In this document: positions 41,727 through 49,165 of the stretch, in pieces
Layout of the letters: the number at the start of each line of letters is the position of its first letter
Position numbering within the stretch: the first letter of the stretch is position 1
From: Planctomycetota bacterium
GTDB taxonomy: Bacteria > Planctomycetota > SZUA-567 > H5-PLA8
Reading direction: 5' to 3'
Assembly (NCBI GenBank): GCA_023150555.1
Contig: JAKLKQ010000036.1
Location: 2,196-66,195 of the forward strand
DNA: 64,000 nucleotides
The notes under the pieces: model-generated
Seen by the model: only the letters and a program-made list of their open reading frames with translations
Databases searched by the model: none
Told to the model about the DNA's origin: nothing
Program-made: the position numbers and the translations under genes

Positions 41727-42467
41727 ATGACGTTCGACGGCAAGGTGGTTCTGGTCACGGGCGGCGCGCGGGGCATCGGGCGCGCGATCGCGCAGCGCTT
41801 CCACGACCTGGGCGCGCAGGTGGCGATCTTCGGCCGCAACGTCGAGGCCGCGCAGGCCTTCGCGCAAGAGCTTTCGAAGAGCGGCGCGCCTGCAAAGGCT
41901 TACGGCTGCGACGTTTCCAGCGCCGATGCCTGTAACGCGGCCGTCGAAGAAGTATTGAAGGATTTCCAGAAGATCGACGTCCTGGTGAACAATGCCGGCA
42001 TCACGCAGGACGGCCTCTTCGTGCGCATGAAAGACGAGGCTTGGCAACAGGTTCTGGAAACGAACCTGGGTGGGGCCTTCCGCATCATGCGCGCCTGCGC
42101 GCGTTCGATGCTCAAGGCGCGCAGCGGGGCCATCGTCAACGTGGCCTCCGTTGTGGGCTTGATCGGCAACGCCGGGCAGGCAAACTACTGCGCCGCCAAG
42201 GCGGGCCTGGTGGGACTGACCAAAGCCGCCGCGCGGGAGTTCGGCGCGCGGGGCGTGCGGGTGAACGCCGTCGCGCCGGGGCTGATCGAGACGGACATGA
42301 CGGCCTCGATGACCGGCGACCAGAAGCAGGCCCTGACCGGCAACCTGCCGCTGGCCCGTGCAGGCAAGCCGGAAGACGTCGCTGGGGCCGTCTGCTTCCT
42401 GGCCAGCGACGATGCGGCGTATGTCACCGGGCAGGTCCTGAGTGTCTGCGGCGGGATGGTCATGTAG
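41727..42467 (+). CDS. fabG: 3-oxoacyl-ACP reductase
   Basis: TGGARGIG, NNAG, GNAGQANYCAAK. Confidence 0.95.
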   Translation: MTFDGKVVLVTGGARGIGRAIAQRFHDLGAQVAIFGRNVEAAQAFAQELSKSGAPAKAYGCDVSSADACNAAVEEVLKDFQKIDVLVNNAGITQDGLFVRMKDEAWQQVLETNLGGAFRIMRACARSMLKARSGAIVNVASVVGLIGNAGQANYCAAKAGLVGLTKAAAREFGARGVRVNAVAPGLIETDMTASMTGDQKQALTGNLPLARAGKPEDVAGAVCFLASDDAAYVTGQVLSVCGGMVM

Positions 42468-42614
42468 ACGCCGGGGCGAAAATCGGGATAATCCGTGTTG
42501 CTGAAAAGCCGTGTCGAAGGGATAGGAAGTACAGGAAGTTGGCGATAGAGAGGAGCCGCGCCGCCCCAAGGGGTATGGCCGGCCAGGGAAGCCCCAGGGA
42601 GGCAGCGTACGAGC

Positions 42615-42866
42615 ATGAGCAACCAAGAGACGGCCAAGAAGGTGATGGCGATCGTTTGCAAGCAGCTGGAAGTGCCCGAGGAGAAGGTCACGCCGGAGAC
42701 GAAGTTCGCCGAAGACCTCGGCGCCGACAGCCTCGACACCGCCGAGCTGGTGATGGAGATCGAGGACGAGTTCGACATCAACATCTCCGACGACGCCGAA
42801 GGCAAGATCAAGTCGGTCGGCGATCTGGTGAACTACATAGAGGACGAGATCAAGAAGAAGGCTTGA
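42615..42866 (+). CDS. acpP: Acyl carrier protein
   Basis: DLGADSLD phosphopantetheine site; GGAGG RBS. Confidence 0.96.
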   Translation: MSNQETAKKVMAIVCKQLEVPEEKVTPETKFAEDLGADSLDTAELVMEIEDEFDINISDDAEGKIKSVGDLVNYIEDEIKKKA

Positions 42867-42894
42867 TCCGGGCAATCGGAGAAGGAATAGATCC

Positions 42895-44145
42895 ATGTCG
42901 ACGCAACGGCGCCGCGTGGTCGTGACCGGGTTGGGTGCGGTCACGCCTATTGGCCTGGGCATGAAGCCCACCTGGGAAGCGCTCCTCGCCGGCAAGAACG
43001 GCGTGGGCCCGATCACGCACTTCGACCACAGCCAGCACGAGGTCCATTTCGCGTGCGAGCTGAAGGGCTTTGACCCAGAGAAGTACGTCGACAAACGCGA
43101 AGCCCGGCGCATGGATCCCTTCGCCCAGTACGGCGTCGCCGCCGCGAAGGAAGCCCTCGAGGACAGCAAGCTCGACCTGACGAAGGAGGACACCGCCCGC
43201 ATCGGCTGCGTTTTCGGCACCGGCATGGGCGGCATGGTCGAGTTCGAGGAGCAGAAGGAACGCCTGATGACCAAGGGCCCGGGGCGGGTCAGCCCGTTCA
43301 TGGTGCCCAAGATGATGCCCAACGGCGCCGCCGCCCATGTCTCGATCCAGTTCGGGCTGCGCGGCCCCAACTTCTGCGTCGTCACCGCCTGCGCGGCAGG
43401 CGGCAACAGCCTGGGCAGCGCCCTGCGCCTGATCCAGTACGGCGAAGCCGACATGATGGTCGCCGGCGGCGCCGAGGCCGTGGTCACGCCGCTGACCATG
43501 GCGGGCTTCGCCAACATGGGCGCGCTCTCCAAGCGCAACGACGAACCCCAGATCGCCAGCCGCCCGTTCGACAAGGAACGCGACGGCTTCGTGATGGGCG
43601 AAGGCGCCGGCGCGCTGGTGCTCGAAGAACTCGAGCATGCCCTCAAGCGCGACGCGCGCATCTACGCCGAGTTCGTGGGCTACGGCCTCAGCGCCGATGC
43701 CCACCACATCACCGCGCCCTGCGCCGACGGCAACGGCGGCATCCGCGCCATCGAAGGCGCGCTGAAGGACGCCGGCCTGAAGCCCAGCGACATCGACTAC
43801 GTCAACGCGCACGGCACCAGCACGCCGTTCAACGACAAGAGCGAGACCGAGGCGATCAAGAAGGTCATGGGCGAGCACGCCTACAAGATCCCCGTCAACA
43901 GCTCAAAGTCGATGACCGGCCACCTGATCGGCGCGGCGGGGGCCTTCGAGGCTGCCGTCACTGTAATGTCGATCTACGAGGACAAGGTCCACCCCACGAT
44001 CAACCTGACCGTGCCCGATCCGGAGTGCGACCTCGATTACGTCAAGGAAGGCGCTCGCGAGCACAAAGTCCGCGTCGGCCTCTCCAATTCGCTCGGCTTC
44101 GGCGGTCACAACGCCGTGGTCATCTTCGCCAAGCCCAAGCTGTAG
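42895..44145 (+). CDS. fabF: 3-oxoacyl-ACP synthase II
   Basis: RRVVVTGLG, TACAAG, NAHGTST, KSMTGHL, GFGGHN. Confidence 0.96.
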   Translation: MSTQRRRVVVTGLGAVTPIGLGMKPTWEALLAGKNGVGPITHFDHSQHEVHFACELKGFDPEKYVDKREARRMDPFAQYGVAAAKEALEDSKLDLTKEDTARIGCVFGTGMGGMVEFEEQKERLMTKGPGRVSPFMVPKMMPNGAAAHVSIQFGLRGPNFCVVTACAAGGNSLGSALRLIQYGEADMMVAGGAEAVVTPLTMAGFANMGALSKRNDEPQIASRPFDKERDGFVMGEGAGALVLEELEHALKRDARIYAEFVGYGLSADAHHITAPCADGNGGIRAIEGALKDAGLKPSDIDYVNAHGTSTPFNDKSETEAIKKVMGEHAYKIPVNSSKSMTGHLIGAAGAFEAAVTVMSIYEDKVHPTINLTVPDPECDLDYVKEGAREHKVRVGLSNSLGFGGHNAVVIFAKPKL

Positions 44146-44166
44146 GGCCTTTCCGGGAGTTCCGCC

Positions 44167-45198
44167 ATGGCCGATCTCGTCGCCGACCTCGGGCGCAAGG
44201 TGCTCGACGAGGGCCACAAGCTGACCCGCGAGGAAGCCCTGGCGCTGTGCGCGCCCGGCATCGACGTCTACGACCTGATGTACTGGGCCAACAAGATCCG
44301 TAAGAAGTACCGCGGCGACGAAGTGAAGGCCTGCAGCATCGTCTCCGTCAAGACCGGCGCGTGCAGCGAGGACTGCAGCTTCTGCGCGCAGTCGTCCAAG
44401 TGGAAGACCAACAGCCCCGTCCACGACTACCTGCCGCCCGAGGACATCAAGAAAGCCGCGCGCGCCGCCAAGAAGAGCGGCAGTTTCGCGCTGGGCCTGG
44501 TCGCGCAGGGGTACGGCCCCGGCGAAGGCGACCTGGATCAGGTCATCGAGTACATGGACGCGATCGGCGAGGTCGGCGGCGTCGAGAAGCACGTCAACGT
44601 CGGCATCATGAAGGAGGAGCAGATCGAGCGCCTGAAGGACCACGGCATGGTCTGCTGCGGCCACAACCTCGAGACCAGCCGCCGCTTCTTCCCCAAGATC
44701 TGTTCCACCCACACCTACGACCAGCGCATCGAGACCCTGAAGGCACTCAACCGCCAGGGCGTGAAGATCTGCAGCGGAGGGCTGTTCGGCATGGGCGAAG
44801 ACTGGGCCGACCGCGTCGACCTGGCCATCGACCTGCGCGATTACGGCGCCGCCAACATCCCCATGAACTTCCTCAACCGCATCGACGGCACGCCGCTGGA
44901 GAACCTCACGGCCATGCCGCCCCTCGAGATCCTGCGCACCGTCGCGCTGTACCGGTTCGTGCTCTTCGACCGCGACCTGGGCGTCTACGGCGGCCGCGAG
45001 ATCAACCTCCGCGACCTGCAGGCGATGATCTTCTTCGCCGGCGCCAACGCCCTGATGGTCGGCAACTACCTCACCACCGCCGGCCGCCCCGTCGAGGTCG
45101 ACCGCCAGATGGTCGCCGACCTCAAGCTTCACTTCGCCCCGCCCCGCCAGCTCGAGAAGCTGCCCGATGCGCCCGAGGCCGCCGCGGCGAGGCCCTGA
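44167..45198 (+). CDS. bioB: Biotin synthase (radical SAM), atypical auxiliary-cluster motifs
   Basis: CSEDCSFCAQS, HNLET, CSGG, PMNFL..IDGTP, GGRE, GNYLTT; neighbours bioF. Confidence 0.85.
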   Translation: MADLVADLGRKVLDEGHKLTREEALALCAPGIDVYDLMYWANKIRKKYRGDEVKACSIVSVKTGACSEDCSFCAQSSKWKTNSPVHDYLPPEDIKKAARAAKKSGSFALGLVAQGYGPGEGDLDQVIEYMDAIGEVGGVEKHVNVGIMKEEQIERLKDHGMVCCGHNLETSRRFFPKICSTHTYDQRIETLKALNRQGVKICSGGLFGMGEDWADRVDLAIDLRDYGAANIPMNFLNRIDGTPLENLTAMPPLEILRTVALYRFVLFDRDLGVYGGREINLRDLQAMIFFAGANALMVGNYLTTAGRPVEVDRQMVADLKLHFAPPRQLEKLPDAPEAAAARP

Positions 45199-45224
45199 TC
45201 CACAATCTCCGAGGCGTACGATCC

Positions 45225-45980
45225 ATGCGCCCGACGCCGACGATCCTCCTGCTCACGCTTTCGGCGCTCTGTACCTGCGCCCGCGCCGCCGATGGTCCCA
45301 CAAGCACGCCCTTCGATCGCAGCAAGCACCCCTGGGCCCGCTTCGGCGAAGGCACCTGGGTCACCGGCAAGCTCACGTCGACCATTGGCGACCAGGTCAC
45401 CTCGCTCTACCGCACCGTGAAGGTCACGAAGGTCACCGAGAAGACCTGCACCATCTGCATCTACGAAGGCCCTTCGGCCGACGGCGACAAACTCAACGAG
45501 GTTACCTTCGCGCTGGTCAAGCCCGAGGCGCTGCTGGTGCCGATGCCCGACGACGGCGAACCGACGGTACCCAAGGCCGTCGGCACCGAGACCATCAAGG
45601 TCGGCAGCATGAAGCACGAATGCACGCTCTGGGAACTCCCCGCAGGCCGCGAGTGGTACGTCACGCAGTACGCCGTGGACGCCAAGGGCCAGATCGTGCG
45701 CAAGGCCAGCGGCGTGAAGAAGAACGGCAAGCTCCTGCAGCCCAAGGTCGACCAGTTGACCGCCACCGACGAGCAGGTCGAATGGAGCGGCAAGGTCTAC
45801 TCGTGCCGCGTCATGGAGTGCATCAAGGACGAAGAGGGCGAGAAGCGCAAGGTCTTCGAATGCAGCGACGTCCCCGGCGGCATCCTGAAGAACGAGGAGA
45901 CCACCGTCAACGGGGAGGAAGTGAACCAGATCGAAGAACGCTCCATCTCCTGGCAAATCGTCGAGCCTAAGAAGGAATGA
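45225..45980 (+). CDS. Secreted hypothetical beta-rich protein
   Basis: Signal peptide (ARA); HPWARFGEGTWV; GAGG RBS. Confidence 0.7.
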   Translation: MRPTPTILLLTLSALCTCARAADGPTSTPFDRSKHPWARFGEGTWVTGKLTSTIGDQVTSLYRTVKVTKVTEKTCTICIYEGPSADGDKLNEVTFALVKPEALLVPMPDDGEPTVPKAVGTETIKVGSMKHECTLWELPAGREWYVTQYAVDAKGQIVRKASGVKKNGKLLQPKVDQLTATDEQVEWSGKVYSCRVMECIKDEEGEKRKVFECSDVPGGILKNEETTVNGEEVNQIEERSISWQIVEPKKE

Positions 45981-46690
45981 ACGAGCCCGCCGCCCTGGTC
46001 CTCGGCGCCTCCGGCACGCTCGGCAGCGCCGTCGCGCAGGCACTGGACGCACGCGGCTGGCGCCTGGGCCTGCACGCCTTTCGCCACCCCGAACGCTGCG
46101 CGCCCGGCGAAGGCGGCAAGGTCTACGAGGCCGATTTCCGCGACGCCGCGCAGATCGCCGCGCTGGCCAAGGCCTTCGTCCAGGACTTCGGCCGCATCGA
46201 CGCGCTGGTCTGGGCCGCCGGCATCGTTCACGACGCGCCGGTGATGACGCTCGACGAGGCCAAGCTGCGCGAAGTCCTGAGCGTCAACCTCGACGCCCCC
46301 TTCCACCTTCTCAAGGCCTGCTCGCGGCAGTTCATCAAGCAGCGCGCCGGCGCCGTCGTGCTGGTCTCCTCGCACGCGGGCCTCAGCGGGCGCGCCGGCG
46401 GCGCCGCCTACGCCATGGCGCAGTCGGGCCTGCTGGCCTTCATGAAATCCCTGGCGCGCGAATGGGGTCCATCGGGCGTGCGCGTCAACGCCGTCGTGCC
46501 GCCGTTCGTCGAACAGAGCGCCATGGGCCAGGCCGCGACGCCGGCTTTTGTCGAGTCCGTGCGCCGCAAGAACGTGCTGAAGAGCGACGCCAACCCCGCA
46601 TCTGCCGTAGGGACGTTCGTCGCCGAACTGCTCGCCAACGGCACCGCCTCGGGCCAGGTATTCACGCTCGACGCGCGCATCGCGGGATGA
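45977..46690 (+). CDS. FabG-like SDR oxidoreductase with altered catalytic motif
   Basis: GASGTLG, GRIDALVWAAG, VSS, YAMAQ in place of YxxxK, VRVNAV. Confidence 0.8.
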   Translation: MNEPAALVLGASGTLGSAVAQALDARGWRLGLHAFRHPERCAPGEGGKVYEADFRDAAQIAALAKAFVQDFGRIDALVWAAGIVHDAPVMTLDEAKLREVLSVNLDAPFHLLKACSRQFIKQRAGAVVLVSSHAGLSGRAGGAAYAMAQSGLLAFMKSLAREWGPSGVRVNAVVPPFVEQSAMGQAATPAFVESVRRKNVLKSDANPASAVGTFVAELLANGTASGQVFTLDARIAG

Positions 46691-46721
46691 TCCGCTCGCA
46701 CCCTTGGAGTATGCTGCGCCC

Positions 46722-47900
46722 ATGACTTCCTGGGCCCGACGCTTCGACGACCGACTTGCCGGCTGGCGCGACGAAGGCCTGGCGCGCCGCCTGCGCCGGG
46801 CAGAAGGCCGCGGCGTGCATCTGCGCGTCGACGGGCGCGCGGTCGTCAGCTTCGCCTCCAACGACTACTTGGGCCTCAGCCAGCACCCCGCGGTGCTGGC
46901 CGCCGCCAAGGCCGCCGTCGACCGCGAAGGCGCCGGCGCCACCGCCAGCCGCCTGATCTGCGGCAGCCGGCCCGTACACGAGGACCTCGAGGCCGCGCTG
47001 GCCGACTTCAAGCGCGCCGAGGCGGCCCTGGTCTTCGCCAGCGGCTACCATGCCGCGCTGGCTTCCATCGGCGCGATCCTTTCCGGCATCGAAGACGCCG
47101 TGGTGATGCTCGACCGCCTCTGCCACGCGAGCCTCCTCGACGCGGCGCGATTGACCGGCGCGCGCATGCGCACCTTCAAGCACAACGACCCCGGCGACCT
47201 CAAGCGCTTGCTCGCCGCCGAAGCCGCCGAGACGAAGGAAACGACGTCCGCCGCGCGGCCGGTGTTGATCGTCGTCGAGTCGCTTTACTCGATGGATGGC
47301 GACCTCGCGCCGCTGGGACCGCTCTACGCGCTGGCCCAGGAGTTCGGCGCGCTGTTGCTGGTCGACGAGGCCCACGCCACGGGCGTGCTGGGCGAAGGCG
47401 GGCGCGGCGCGCTGGCCGACGTCTTCGCCGGGGCCCTGCCGCCGGACGTTGTGAGCCTGGGGACGCTCAGCAAAGCCCTGGGCAGCCAAGGCGGCTTCGT
47501 GTGCGCTGCGCGCGCGGTCACCGAGACGATCGTGCACGCCGGGCGCGCGTTCCTCTTCTCGACCGGCCTGGCCCCGGGATCAGCCGCCGCCGCACGGGAG
47601 GCCCTGGCGCGCATCGACGACGGCGACCGCCGCCGCCGGCTGCTAAGGCGCTGCAACGAGGTCCGTACTGCGCTGCGCATGAAAGGCCTGGAAGTGGGCG
47701 GCGGTCCGGGGCCGATCCTGCCGATACCCGTAGGCGAGGAAAAGGAGGCCGCAGCGAAGGCCGAGCGCCTGCTGGCGTCCGGTTTCTGGGTCCCGGCAGT
47801 ACGCTATCCGACGGTCAAGCGCGGGCAAGCGAGGCTGCGCCTTTCGCTGTCGGCCGAGCATACCGACGCCGACGTAAAGGCTTTGCTCGAAGCGCTTTAA
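46722..47900 (+). CDS. bioF: 8-amino-7-oxononanoate synthase
   Basis: FASNDYLGL, HASL, YSMDGD, DEAHATG, GTLSKALG, RYPTV. Confidence 0.92.
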   Translation: MTSWARRFDDRLAGWRDEGLARRLRRAEGRGVHLRVDGRAVVSFASNDYLGLSQHPAVLAAAKAAVDREGAGATASRLICGSRPVHEDLEAALADFKRAEAALVFASGYHAALASIGAILSGIEDAVVMLDRLCHASLLDAARLTGARMRTFKHNDPGDLKRLLAAEAAETKETTSAARPVLIVVESLYSMDGDLAPLGPLYALAQEFGALLLVDEAHATGVLGEGGRGALADVFAGALPPDVVSLGTLSKALGSQGGFVCAARAVTETIVHAGRAFLFSTGLAPGSAAAAREALARIDDGDRRRRLLRRCNEVRTALRMKGLEVGGGPGPILPIPVGEEKEAAAKAERLLASGFWVPAVRYPTVKRGQARLRLSLSAEHTDADVKALLEAL

Positions 47901-47954
47901 ATTCGCACTGGGGGCCGTTTCCGAGTTGTCGGCAAGGGCGGCCAAGGCTACACT

Positions 47955-48728
47955 ATGCGAGCCATGGATTTAGCGAGACACGTCCGCTTCGCCCTGCCGG
48001 CGCTGGGCCTCGTGCTGCTTTGCACGGGCTGCGAGCGCCCCAACTGGCGCAAGCCTCCCGAACCGGTGGGCGAGCACGTCGCCATGCCGGCGTCGGATAC
48101 CTCCAAGCTCTCCGAAAGCCAGTACCTGATGCGCAAGGCCACCGTCGGCTCGCGCGCCGAACGATTGGAAGCACTGGACGTGATTGAACGCGCCGGAAAC
48201 AAGGACGAGATGCTGCCGTTTCTGCTCAAGCGCCTCGAGAAGGAAGACGACCGCTTCCTCCGCATCAAGGTCATGCACGTGCTGGCTTCGCTGCAGGACG
48301 TGCGCGCCGTCGATCCCCTGCGCGACATCGCGCGCTGGGACAACACCCGCGTGGGCATGGAAGCCGTTAAGTGCCTGTACGAACTCGGCGACGACAACTT
48401 CGTCCCCAAGCTGATCCGGATCATGCGCAACCGCGACGAGTTCCGGGAGCTCAGCGGCCTGGCCTGGCGCAGCCTGAAGTCAATCTACCAGGTCGACCTG
48501 CCGGCCAACAGCCGCGTCTGGAACAACTACTACCGCAGCCACCGCCTAACGCCCTACCAGAGCATGCGCTGGTACGAAGCCCTGCTGCCGCCCAAGCCCC
48601 CCGTCGTCGAAGGCACGCACCAGGTCGTCCCCCACCCGCGCGGCGCGCCGCAACTGCCGCAGGAAGAGACGCGCGTCCGCCGCCGCCTGCTGACCTTCTA
48701 CGAGTTCTGGAAGCCCGACGAGCCCTAG
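47955..48728 (+). CDS. HEAT-repeat lipoprotein
   Basis: Lipobox-like LCTGC; HEAT repeats; start 47955 or 47964. Confidence 0.75.
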   Translation: MRAMDLARHVRFALPALGLVLLCTGCERPNWRKPPEPVGEHVAMPASDTSKLSESQYLMRKATVGSRAERLEALDVIERAGNKDEMLPFLLKRLEKEDDRFLRIKVMHVLASLQDVRAVDPLRDIARWDNTRVGMEAVKCLYELGDDNFVPKLIRIMRNRDEFRELSGLAWRSLKSIYQVDLPANSRVWNNYYRSHRLTPYQSMRWYEALLPPKPPVVEGTHQVVPHPRGAPQLPQEETRVRRRLLTFYEFWKPDEP

Positions 48729-48989
48729 CAGCCCGTTGAAAAAGGGGCCAGGCCGCGTTGCGAGGGATTTTCGAACTGAACGAGGCCCGCGAAGCGGAGC
48801 CGTAGCTGGAAACTACGGCGACGAAGTTCAGGACGAAAAGACCCGCAACCCACTGGGCAGCCTTTTCTTGCGATCCGGCCCTGCGTTGCGCTTCGCTGCG
48901 GCGTACCTCCTAGGTACGCCTCGACTCCGCGCGCCTTGGTCCGAATCACAATCCAAGGCTGCGCGGCCGGGCCCTTTTTCAACGGGCTG
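48729..48989. mobile_element. 261-bp non-autonomous miniature inverted-repeat element (MITE) with CTAG flanks
   Basis: Perfect 18-bp TIR cagcccgttgaaaaaggg; CTAG at 48725-48728 and 48990-48993; no transposase ORF. Confidence 0.85.
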
Positions 48990-49165
48990 CTAGGCGCAGA
49001 GGCGGTGTTCAAGTGGCAATTCACACGTAGTTCATTTTCCCGTTATCTTTTGGTTCTTTTCTCAGCCTTTCTCAGCCAAAGTACAGTCGCACGTCCCGCG
49101 GCAGCGGTGTACAAAGTGAATAATTGATCTGCTTTTGCCATCTGAATAACGAGGAGATCCCGCCC

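Noticed and set aside
48725-49024. ORFs 48736-48993 and 48725-49024 as a transposase or toxin
   Set aside because: Short, lie within the palindromic MITE, no DDE or HUH motifs
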